Below, one piece after another: positions 21,962-30,347 of a DNA stretch of 64,000 bases; the stretch's first letter is position 1; each line of letters opens with the position of its first letter. Under the pieces are notes generated by a model. The model made no database searches and was not told the DNA's origin. It was given only the letters and a program-made list of their open reading frames with translations. The position numbers and the translations under genes were made by a program. The DNA is taken from positions 17,995-81,994 of the forward strand of contig QKCL01000067.1 of NCBI GenBank assembly GCA_003246895.1, given 5' to 3'. This DNA is from Spirochaetota bacterium (lineage in GTDB: Bacteria > Spirochaetota > UBA4802 > UBA5550).

Positions 21962-23263
21962 ATGTTTAACAGTGAAATTGAGACAATGTCTGAAAGTAAG
22001 ATGAAGGAGCTTCAGCTTGAAAGACTTAAATGGTCCATCAGGCATGCCTATGATAACGTTCCTCATTACAGGAAGACTTTTGATGACGCAGGATTTAATC
22101 CTGACCAGTTTAAAACACTGGATGATATGAGAAGAGTGCCATTTCTTACAAAACAGGATATGAGGGATGCCTATCCCTACGGACTTTTCGCGGTTCCTCT
22201 CAGCAAGGTTGTTAGAGTACATGCTTCATCCGGTACCACTGGTAACGCAACCGTTGTGGGATATACAAAGAATGATGTTGAGGTTTTTTCCGAGGTTGTT
22301 GCAAGAAGTCTTGCCTGCTACGGAGTAACTGAGAATGATATTGTCCAGAACGCATACGGATACGGTCTTTTTACAGGGGGCCTGGGGGCCCATTACGGAG
22401 CTGAAAAAATAGGGGCAATAACAGTGCCCATTTCCGGCGGAAATACTCCAAGACAGATTATGATCATGAAAGATTTCGGGTCAACAGTTCTCTGTTCGAC
22501 TCCTTCATATGCCCTTAATATAGCTGATTATATAGAGTCTAACATGCCGGATTTTGATATGAGTTCTCTTAAACTGAAAATCGCTGTCATGGGTGCCGAG
22601 CCCTGGACTGAGGAGATGAGGCAGCAGATTGAGAAACGCCTGAATGTTGATGCTTTTGATATTTACGGACTCAGCGAGGTTATAGGGCCGGGGGTATCTG
22701 CGGAATGTACAGAGAAGAGCGGCCTTCATGTTTTTGAAGATCATTTCTATGTTGAGATTATAGATCCGGACACGGGAGAGATTCTTCCTGAAGGTTCCGA
22801 GGGGGAGATAGTATATACTTCCCTGACCAAGGAGGCTTTCCCCACGATCAGATACAGATCCAAGGATATTACAAGGCTTTATCATGACAGCTGCAGGTGC
22901 GGAAGAACACTTGTTAAAATGGATAAGGTCACAGGAAGAACAGATGATATGCTTATTATCAGGGGAGTAAATGTATTCCCGTCACAGATAGAGTCTGTGC
23001 TTATGCAGGAGGAGGGCACAGAGCCGCATTATCAGATCATAGTTGACCGCAAGGGAACCATGGATGAGATAGAGGTAATGGTGGAGGTCAATGAAAAGGT
23101 CTTCTCCGATGAGATAAAGGTCCTTGATTCACTTGCAAAGAGTCTTGCCCACAGAGTCAAGAGTACTCTCGGCATTACTGCGAAAATCAAGCTTGTTGAG
23201 CCCAAGTCTATACCTAGAAGTGAAGGCAAGGCTGTGCGTGTTATAGATAACAGAAAAAAATAG
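21962..23263 (+). CDS. paaK: Phenylacetate-CoA ligase family
   Basis: [43 protein letters not shown]. Confidence 0.9.
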   Translation: MFNSEIETMSESKMKELQLERLKWSIRHAYDNVPHYRKTFDDAGFNPDQFKTLDDMRRVPFLTKQDMRDAYPYGLFAVPLSKVVRVHASSGTTGNATVVGYTKNDVEVFSEVVARSLACYGVTENDIVQNAYGYGLFTGGLGAHYGAEKIGAITVPISGGNTPRQIMIMKDFGSTVLCSTPSYALNIADYIESNMPDFDMSSLKLKIAVMGAEPWTEEMRQQIEKRLNVDAFDIYGLSEVIGPGVSAECTEKSGLHVFEDHFYVEIIDPDTGEILPEGSEGEIVYTSLTKEAFPTIRYRSKDITRLYHDSCRCGRTLVKMDKVTGRTDDMLIIRGVNVFPSQIESVLMQEEGTEPHYQIIVDRKGTMDEIEVMVEVNEKVFSDEIKVLDSLAKSLAHRVKSTLGITAKIKLVEPKSIPRSEGKAVRVIDNRKK

Positions 23264-23273
23264 GGGGGATAAT

Positions 23274-23711
23274 ATGAACGTTACTCAGATTTCAGCATTT
23301 GTTGAAAATAAACCGGGCCATATTGCCGGTGTCCTGAAGGTGCTGGCAGACAACAATATAAATATCATTACACTTACTGTTGCCGATACTGCAGACTTCG
23401 GGGTGCTCAGGATGATTCTTGATAAACCTGAGCTTGCAAAGGCAAAACTCAGTGAAAACAGTATTACATGCAGTGTTACAGATGTTCTTGCCATCGAAAT
23501 AGATGATACTCCGGGAGCTCTTTTAAAAGCACTTGAGGCATTTTCAAATCTTGAGCTTAACATTGAGTACATGTATGCCTTCACACAGAAGATTCATGAT
23601 AATGCCGTAATGATTTTCAGGTTTGAGGATATTGAGAAAGCAAAAAAAGCCCTTGTTGAAAAGGGCTGTAGAATAATAAGAAATATTGACATAATTGGAG
23701 AAGATAAATGA
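23274..23711 (+). CDS. Tandem ACT-domain protein
   Basis: QISAFVENKPG, DFGVLRMI, DTPGAL, NIEYMYAF. Confidence 0.88.
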   Translation: MNVTQISAFVENKPGHIAGVLKVLADNNINIITLTVADTADFGVLRMILDKPELAKAKLSENSITCSVTDVLAIEIDDTPGALLKALEAFSNLELNIEYMYAFTQKIHDNAVMIFRFEDIEKAKKALVEKGCRIIRNIDIIGEDK

Positions 23712-25264
23712 CCAGTAAAGTTATGTTGGGAAACGAAGCTATCGCACGTGGAGCATGGGAAGCGGGATGCCACGTTGCTGCGGGATATCCCGGAACTCCC
23801 AGTACTGAGATACTGGAAACCATTGCTGCTGATTACAGAGACATAAAGGCTCAGTGGTCCCCCAATGAGAAGGTGGCTCTCGAGGTTGCAGCAGGAGCAT
23901 CAATTGCCGGAGCAAGGTCTCTTTCCACAATGAAACATGTGGGGCTCAATGTTGCGGCGGACCCTCTTTTTACTTTTTCATACACAGGGGTAAACGGCGG
24001 ATTTGTAATAATAAATGCCGATGATCCGGGAGCATGGAGTTCCCAGAATGAGCAGGATAACCGTCACTATGCAAGGGCGGCAAAACTTCCCATGCTTGAG
24101 CCTTCATCTCCTGCTGAGGCCAGGGAATTCACAAAGAAGGCATTTGAAATTTCGGAGAAATTTGACAGGACCGTTATTGTAAGGATAACTACAAGGATCG
24201 CCCATTCTCAGGGGATTGTGGAGTTAGGCGACAGGGAAAATGTACCTGTTAAGGATTTCGTGAGAGATCCTAAAAAATATGTCATGATTCCGGCTCACGC
24301 AAGGCCGAAGCACAAAAAGATTGAAGAACAGCAGGCTGAGATAATGGATTATTCCTGTACTTCAGGTCTGAACAGAATCGAGTGGGGCGGTAAGAAACGC
24401 GGTATAATAACAAACGGTATCGCCTATCAGTATGTTAAAGAGGTTTGTCCTGATGATTCTGTTTTAAAGATCGGAATGGTCTGGCCTCTGCCCGAGAAAC
24501 TCATCAATGAGTTTGCGGCAGGTGTTGAGGAGCTTTACGTGGTTGAGGAACTTGACCCGTTTATTGAAGATTATGTCAAGGCAATGGGATACGAGGTCAA
24601 GGGAAAGGATATTATTCCTTTATGTGGAGAACTCACTCCTGAAATTGTTGATGAGGCACTGAATGGAAACAAAACTGTGAAGGCTGTTCCTGAGTATGCA
24701 GGAGATCTTCCAGGCCGGCCTCCTGGACTCTGCAAGGGATGCCCCCATGCCTTTGTTTTCGATGTAATAAAGAAACTGGATCTTAATGTTAACGGCGATA
24801 TCGGATGTTATACTCTTGGAGTCCTTCCTCCCTATTCGGCAATGCACACACAGGGATGTATGGGAGCCAGTATCGGTATGCATCTTGGAATGGAGAAGGC
24901 TCATGGGCCTGAGATGGCAGCTAAATCTGTAGCTGTTATCGGCGACTCAACATTTATCCATTCGGGTATCACTCCTCTGATCGACCTTGTCTACAATAAA
25001 GGAACCGGTACAGTTATTATTATGGATAACAGAACCACTGCCATGACCGGTCATCAGGAGAACCCCGCCACCGGCAAGACCCTTATGGGAGAGGAAACAT
25101 TCGAACTCGACCTTGAGGCAATCTGTAAAGCTGTGGGTGTAAAGAGAGTGAGGGTAATTGATCCCAAGGATAAGGATGAGCTTGAGAAAGTCCTTTCAGA
25201 GGAGATTTCCACAAGAGAACCTTCTGTTATAATAACAAAGAGAAAGTGTATACTTAAGAGGTGA
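23708..25264 (+). CDS. iorA: Indolepyruvate ferredoxin oxidoreductase alpha subunit
   Basis: GYPGTPSTE, NEKVA, MKHVGLNVA, LCKGCPH, GDIGCY, GDSTF. Confidence 0.92.
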   Translation: MTSKVMLGNEAIARGAWEAGCHVAAGYPGTPSTEILETIAADYRDIKAQWSPNEKVALEVAAGASIAGARSLSTMKHVGLNVAADPLFTFSYTGVNGGFVIINADDPGAWSSQNEQDNRHYARAAKLPMLEPSSPAEAREFTKKAFEISEKFDRTVIVRITTRIAHSQGIVELGDRENVPVKDFVRDPKKYVMIPAHARPKHKKIEEQQAEIMDYSCTSGLNRIEWGGKKRGIITNGIAYQYVKEVCPDDSVLKIGMVWPLPEKLINEFAAGVEELYVVEELDPFIEDYVKAMGYEVKGKDIIPLCGELTPEIVDEALNGNKTVKAVPEYAGDLPGRPPGLCKGCPHAFVFDVIKKLDLNVNGDIGCYTLGVLPPYSAMHTQGCMGASIGMHLGMEKAHGPEMAAKSVAVIGDSTFIHSGITPLIDLVYNKGTGTVIIMDNRTTAMTGHQENPATGKTLMGEETFELDLEAICKAVGVKRVRVIDPKDKDELEKVLSEEISTREPSVIITKRKCILKR

Positions 25265-25272
25265 GTAGATCG

Positions 25273-25842
25273 ATGAAGAGTGTAATATTTAACGGTGTTG
25301 GAGGCCAGGGAGTTATACTGGCAAGCAAGGTCCTCATGGAAGTTGCAATGAAAAACGGATATGATGTCAAGGAATCCGAAGTCCACGGTATGGCTCAGCG
25401 CGGCGGAAGTGTGGAGTGTAATGTCCGTTTCGGAGAGAAGGTCTATTCTCCTCTTATTCAGAAAGGGAAAGCGGATTTTATTGTGAGCTTTGAACTTTTA
25501 GAGTCAATGAGAAAGACAGATTATCTGAACGATGATACAGTTCTCCTTGTCAACAGGGAACAGATAAATCCTGCACCTGTTGAGATAGGTGTTATGGAGT
25601 ATCCCTCTGATATTGAAGAGTGGCTGGAGAAGAACGTAAAAAATGTCAAGATACTTGATACAAAGGATGCTCTCATCGGAGCCGGTACAAAGAAGGCGCT
25701 GAATATAGTAATGCTGGGAAGTCTTTCAAAGTATCTGGAATTCGAACTTTCAGACTGGGAAGATGCCATTAAAGGTCTTGTAAAGGAACAGTTTGTTGAG
25801 CAGAACATTAAAGCTTTTAATCTTGGAAGAGCTCTTGTGTAG
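25273..25842 (+). CDS. iorB: Indolepyruvate ferredoxin oxidoreductase beta subunit
   Basis: GVGGQG, EVHGMAQRGGSV, NIVMLG, NIKAFNLG. Confidence 0.92.
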   Translation: MKSVIFNGVGGQGVILASKVLMEVAMKNGYDVKESEVHGMAQRGGSVECNVRFGEKVYSPLIQKGKADFIVSFELLESMRKTDYLNDDTVLLVNREQINPAPVEIGVMEYPSDIEEWLEKNVKNVKILDTKDALIGAGTKKALNIVMLGSLSKYLEFELSDWEDAIKGLVKEQFVEQNIKAFNLGRALV

Positions 25843-25856
25843 ATAATGCAGAGTCG

Positions 25857-25915
25857 GTCCCCGTTAAGGGGGCCGTGCAAATCAGTAAGGGGGCGTTCTG
25901 CCCCTTGCTTCTCTT
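25857..25915 (+). terminator. Two GC-rich hairpins after iorB (probable terminator)
   Basis: GGTCCCC-GTTAA-GGGGGCC and AAGGGGGC-GTTCT-GCCCCTT followed by a pyrimidine run. Confidence 0.5.
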
Positions 25916-26045
25916 CCTGTAAAACTTTGCCTTCTTACCAGTACTGAACAGATTGAACATCCCCCTGAAACATTCAGAGTTTTCGAAAACTTTTTTCAAT
26001 TATCTCCCTTAAAGTATAGAATCAGTTAATCAGATTTTCAGTAAT

Positions 26046-26402
26046 GTCAAATCGACACATCATTGCATCAAATCGACGCGCCATTTGGTTAAATTGATGC
26101 TCCGCTGGGTCAAATCGACATTCCCGAGAGTTAAAACGACACTCAAGAGTATTAAATCGATACTCCAGACCATAAAACTTACTCTCCAGAGTATAAAATC
26201 GATGCTCACGACCTTAAAGTTTATGCTCCGGACCATGAATCTTATACTCTCGACCATGAATCTTATGCTCTCGACCATGAAATTTATTCAACGGACCATG
26301 AAGTTTATGCTCCAGACCATGAAATTTATACAACGGACCATGAATCTGATGCTCCCGACCATGAAATTTATACAAAGGACCATAAAGTTTATGCTTACGC
26401 TC
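26046..26402. repeat. Tandem array of 17 degenerate 21-bp units
   Basis: Units such as ATGAATCTTATGCTCTCGACC and ATGAAATTTATTCAACGGACC in exact 21-bp register from 26046 to 26402. Confidence 0.9.
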
Positions 26403-26419
26403 AATGTTTCAACATAGTT

Positions 26420-27919
26420 TTGGGTGTGTCAGGGGTGTGTCAGAGAAACTGTGTAAATATTCAGTGGGGGACGATAATAATATTACTGGAGGTTTTCCGG
26501 AAGACCTGGGCCGGAGCAGCACTAGCTGGAGCAGCCGGGTCAGTAGCAGGTGGCATAAAGATGGGCGGAATGTATCTGTCAATGAAGAACCGTATAGGAA
26601 GATTCGCAACCGGCATACAGAATGATTTTAATGATTTTACAGATGATATGGGCAGGGCAGGAAGTGCAGTGGCATCAGCAGCCAGCACTGCATGGAAAGG
26701 AATAACAAGTGCAGAAAGTGCAGCGTGGACAGGTGTAAAGAATTTCGGACAGAGTGTTAAGAACAAGGTTGCATACGGAGTTTATGGTACAGATACAGAT
26801 TCTGATGTATTAAATGCAAAATTCCAGGAAATGTGGAACTCAGATGCAGTAAGTAAGGTAGTAACGGGTTATGGTGCATCTTCAATGAGTTATGGTAAAT
26901 ATCTTGAAACTAATCTGAAAATTACTACAGACAGTAATGGTAATACGGTACTTGCAACTAAAAAAGCAACAGCCTTTGGAGATAGAGAAAATGAAGATGA
27001 TACTTCGGGCATGAGTGAACAACAATTTGAAGAAGCTGATTCAAAACAATCATTTTTAGGAAAGTTCTTTCACAATAAAACAATAATGTGGAAAAATGCA
27101 TGGAGTACAACAGTCCGAGCATCAGAAGAGGGGCTTTCTGGATATGAAAATATAACTGAACGAGAGTTATTCGGTAATGATAGTAGTGGAGAGGCAGCTT
27201 TTGATAAAGTTGTGGGTAGTCTTAAAGACAGTCTTTTGCAAGAAGCCAAGGGTGACTACATGGATAAGGTTCTCAATTCATGGGAAAGTACAGGTGGTTT
27301 TTTAAATGGTGACAATTTGTTGCAAGCAGCAGCATTAGGAGGAGCATATCTTTACTTTAGTGAAGGTGCAGGTTATACTCATACATTCAAAAATGGAATA
27401 ATTGCAGGTGGAGAATTTGGCTGGGACAACAGTGACCCTAAAAATAACTGTTCAGGAAAGGTAATTATTGGCGGTGAAAATAGCGATGTAACAGCTAAGG
27501 CTACATTTGAAGCTGGAAAGGAAATGGATAATGATTCTGGAAAAATTAATAACCGATTTGATAGTAATGTTGAAATTCAGACAAAAGATTTTGGTGGTAA
27601 ATATGAATTTGAAATTGATACAAGTAAAAATAGCACTACAATAACCAACTCATTGTCTGGCAAGTACCAGATTAATAAAAATATCAGTATCTATGGAGGG
27701 GGAAGTTATTCCAGCCAGTCTGATGGTTCAAATTCATGGAATATAAATTCGGGATGGCAATATAGCGGTCAATACAGAGTCAATGCTGACATTGGTTTTG
27801 GTAAAAATTACAATAATAGCAATGAATATTCTTTGAAGTGGAGTTTTAGTACAAAAATAAATATTTTCGGAGATAAAAAGACAGTAGATAAATTAAAAAA
27901 GATAGGAAAAAATAATTAA
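26420..27919 (+). CDS. Headless polymorphic-toxin-like protein (Gly/Ala-rich helices, then a beta-rich C-terminal domain)
   Basis: First ~25 codons read through the IS-like end; then AGAALAGAAGSVAGG and AGSAVASAASTAW; AT-rich C-terminus of alternating beta strands; followed by a MORN gene. Confidence 0.55.
   Translation: MGVSGVCQRNCVNIQWGTIIILLEVFRKTWAGAALAGAAGSVAGGIKMGGMYLSMKNRIGRFATGIQNDFNDFTDDMGRAGSAVASAASTAWKGITSAESAAWTGVKNFGQSVKNKVAYGVYGTDTDSDVLNAKFQEMWNSDAVSKVVTGYGASSMSYGKYLETNLKITTDSNGNTVLATKKATAFGDRENEDDTSGMSEQQFEEADSKQSFLGKFFHNKTIMWKNAWSTTVRASEEGLSGYENITERELFGNDSSGEAAFDKVVGSLKDSLLQEAKGDYMDKVLNSWESTGGFLNGDNLLQAAALGGAYLYFSEGAGYTHTFKNGIIAGGEFGWDNSDPKNNCSGKVIIGGENSDVTAKATFEAGKEMDNDSGKINNRFDSNVEIQTKDFGGKYEFEIDTSKNSTTITNSLSGKYQINKNISIYGGGSYSSQSDGSNSWNINSGWQYSGQYRVNADIGFGKNYNNSNEYSLKWSFSTKINIFGDKKTVDKLKKIGKNN
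26433..26460 (+). mobile_element. Isolated IS256-family-like terminal inverted repeat, no transposase
   Basis: GGGTGTGTCAGAGAAACTGTGTAAAT fits the GGGnnTGTCAG..TGTGT pattern I recall for IS256-family ends; its first 11 bp are tandemly duplicated at 26422-26432. Confidence 0.55.
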
Positions 27920-27960
27920 TAAGGTTTAGCGTAATTTAAATATTATAAGGATTAAAGAAA

Positions 27961-28692
27961 ATGAAAATTGCAGTGAATATTCTATTTAGCGTAATGTTTT
28001 TAGTTTCAAGTATTAGCTATGCGAAAGAAAACTATGTTCAGGATATGAAATACAGAGGTGGCAAGTATACCGGAGAAGTGAAGAATGGCCTGCCGCAGGG
28101 GAGGGGGACATTTATAGATAATGATGGCAAATATGAAGGTGAATTTTATAAAGGCAATTTTCAGGGGAAGGGTAAGATTTTTTTTAAAAATGGAAGCACT
28201 TATGAAGGTGAGTTTAAGAATGATAAAAAAGATGGAAAAGGTGTATTTATATGGATAGAGAATGGTAAATTTTCAATGAAATATATTGGTCAATATAAAA
28301 ATGAATATAGGCATGGCAAAGGTATGTATATAATGGCCAATGGTGTAAAATATGAAGGTGAGTTTAAGAATGGGAAAGAACATGGGAAAGGTATCTATAT
28401 ATGGGAAAATGGGGAGAAATATGAAGGCGAGTATAAGAATGGAAAGAGACATGGTAAAGGAATTTATTATTGGCCATCAGGGAAAAAATATGTTGGTGAA
28501 TATTTTAATGGAGCAAGGCATGGGAATGGTACAGAAATATTGCCTGATGGGAAAAAATTTGTTGGACACTTTGAAAATGGCAGAGCTACCGGTTATGGAA
28601 CCATGTATGATAAAAATGGTAAAATACTTGCCCAGGGTTATTGGAGAAATTATAAATATATAGGGAAAGAAAAACCGAAAGATTTAGAGTAA
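27961..28692 (+). CDS. Exported MORN-repeat protein (candidate immunity protein)
   Basis: Signal peptide; about 7-8 repeats of YEGEFKNGK.HGKG.Y.W.NG. Confidence 0.88.
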   Translation: MKIAVNILFSVMFLVSSISYAKENYVQDMKYRGGKYTGEVKNGLPQGRGTFIDNDGKYEGEFYKGNFQGKGKIFFKNGSTYEGEFKNDKKDGKGVFIWIENGKFSMKYIGQYKNEYRHGKGMYIMANGVKYEGEFKNGKEHGKGIYIWENGEKYEGEYKNGKRHGKGIYYWPSGKKYVGEYFNGARHGNGTEILPDGKKFVGHFENGRATGYGTMYDKNGKILAQGYWRNYKYIGKEKPKDLE

Positions 28693-28737
28693 TTCTATTT
28701 TTTAGGAATTAATTGAAATAAATAAAGGAAACCCTCA

Positions 28738-29160
28738 ATGATTAAGAAAAAAGTAGATATAAAAACAGAAACAAACACAGAGGCACCAACCATACCAGAA
28801 GTGTACAGCAACGCAGTGCTAACAAACATGACACCATACGAGTTTGAAATAACCCTTGGACTTGGAAGCAGCAACTACGAGGGTGTTAAACCTGTGGTTA
28901 ATGTGAGAATGAGCCCTCAGTTTGCCAAAGGCCGACCCATCACTTCCTGTGATGTGGTCGGCATCAACCTCATCGCTTTCTCAGGATGAGATGATGCAAA
29001 GCCGTTACAGGATGTAACAATTGGTTTTGCCTGAGAACGTGAGTTCAGCAACCTGCTTCAACAGAACGTAAAGATGTTTGAAGAGAGGTTCCGGTATATG
29101 AGGAGTAGATGCTTGTTTTACGGAACAAGTTCTTTGAAAACAGTTCAGGATTACACCAAG
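28738..29160 (+). pseudogene. DUF3467-like gene interrupted by a 111-nt insertion
   Basis: PEVYSNA..TPYEFEITL..VNVRMSPQFAK (to 28929) resumes in frame at 29041 as EFSNLLQQNVKMFEERF; the insert carries two in-frame TGA codons. Confidence 0.7.
28930..29040. mobile_element. 111-nt structured insertion (MITE/REP-like, or RNA element)
   Basis: Almost fully paired; see findings. Confidence 0.6.
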
Positions 29161-29251
29161 CCGATTTAACACGAGGTTGAATCGGATGTTGCCGAGGACA
29201 AGCATGGATGCGTCCGCAGGCAGAAATAATATTTTTATGAAACAGTAAGGC

Positions 29252-29321
29252 AAGCCGACCCAGGGCGTCTGACTGGTCGGCTTTTTTGTGCAGCTTTTTG
29301 GGTCGTTGCCAAAAAGCTGCA
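29252..29321 (+). terminator. Terminator-like hairpin with U-tract, then a perfect 13-bp hairpin
   Basis: AAGCCGAC..GTCGGCTTTTTT; TGCAGCTTTTTGG-N7-CCAAAAAGCTGCA. Confidence 0.7.
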
Positions 29322-29423
29322 GAACGAATATAGAAATATTCAGAATTGATATAATTGAATGAAAATCAGAATTTGTCTTAAATAGTTCCTGATAAAAAAG
29401 ATTAAATTAAAATTTAAAAAGTT

Positions 29424-29662
29424 ACATGCAACATCGCGTGAGTGATGGAGCCGATATGCCGAAGGCATACAAGGCGAGAGCGCGACCCGCCGGGAAACAA
29501 ACCAGTTTGAGAGAAACAAGAGAATGAAGGTACTCATTCCAGGTGCGCAGACATTGTGCGCTTAAACAATTGGGAAAGGGACACGCCCAACCTTTACTCA
29601 GGTCTGCAGGTCGTCGATTCTATTTTGCCACTTCCTGTGGCAGAATCGACATCAACCTCATC
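29424..29662. ncRNA. Candidate structured non-coding element of unknown class
   Basis: GC-rich non-coding block with at least six consecutive stems, right after AT-rich DNA. Confidence 0.4.
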
Positions 29663-29666
29663 CTGA

Positions 29667-30347
29667 TATAGCTATGTAGATTTAGAGTCCCAGTGGCTAA
29701 ACAGAAACATAGAAGAGGTCTTTGAAAAGAACGGATTCTTTGAGGAACATACAGAGGTAGAGTTCGACCGGCTTGGCAGGAAGTTCGGAGAGTATTGCCA
29801 GTACTGGATGGCCGGGGAAGCCCTGAAAGCCGGAGCCTTCTACAGTAAGCCCATTTTCCCCAATGGACCGAATATGTTTCAGACAGCGGCCATAGCAGCG
29901 AGTTTATCTGGGCAGGCATGGCTTGCAGAGGCAATAAGTGTAGCAACAAGCGCAATACAGGTAGCAGACGGGACTATGTCGTGGAAGCAGGCAGCATTTC
30001 AGGTTGGAGTAAGTGTGGCAACATCTGCAATAGGTGCAGGAGCAGCCGGCTTTGAGAGCAAGGCCATGCAGAACGCATCAAGTATGATGTTTAGAAAGAT
30101 GCTTGGCAGTGACGAGAAGATGAGCTGGGCCACAGTGGCAAATACAGACCCCATAGGTTAAATGGCCAGTAAGTTTTTCAATGGATTTGTAACACCTGCG
30201 AAGATATCACCGGAAATATATTTTACACTATCGACAGGAACAAGAGATTTCTCACTTTCCTTCGACATGACAGGGGAACCATACTATGCGCCCGCCTTCA
30301 ACATTGAAGCCGACAGGCATGGATGCCTTATGCAAAATTATTCATAA
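29667..30347 (+). pseudogene. Internal fragment of a large Ala/Gly-rich toxin-like protein
   Basis: Frame open from 29667 without a start; TAA at 30159-30161; same frame continues MASKFFNGFVT. Confidence 0.5.

Noticed and set aside
25978-25991. 14-bp perfect palindrome AGTTTTCGAAAACT
   Set aside because: AT-rich, single, with no loop or context to support a function.
26046-26402. CRISPR array
   Set aside because: Units are contiguous 21-mers with no unique spacers, and no cas genes are in the window.
26060-26417. ORFs 26060-26278(-) and 26085-26417(+) as real genes
   Set aside because: Openness is expected from repeat periodicity; no clear RBS; sister units carry stops in the minus frame. 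Kept only as hypotheses under the array finding.
28921-29031. TTTGCC as a target-site duplication defining the insert
   Set aside because: Excision between these copies leaves F-A-stop-E-R-E-F, which breaks the frame; the AAA|GAG junction is more parsimonious.
28930-29040. Group I/II intron, or selenocysteine recoding of the two TGAs
   Set aside because: Too short; no GUGYG..AY ends, domain V or P7 motifs; the upstream exon does not end in U; a 37-residue Sec-containing insert is not expected in this family.
29424-29610. Known RNAs (RNase P, tmRNA, SRP, glycine or c-di-GMP riboswitch, group II intron 5' end)
   Set aside because: Only isolated words match (GCCGAAGG, CTCAGG, GTGCG); the required order and core motifs are absent.
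30218-30240. Right-hand IS256 end (TTTTACACTATCGACAGG)
   Set aside because: Spacing and sequence do not mirror the 26433 end.
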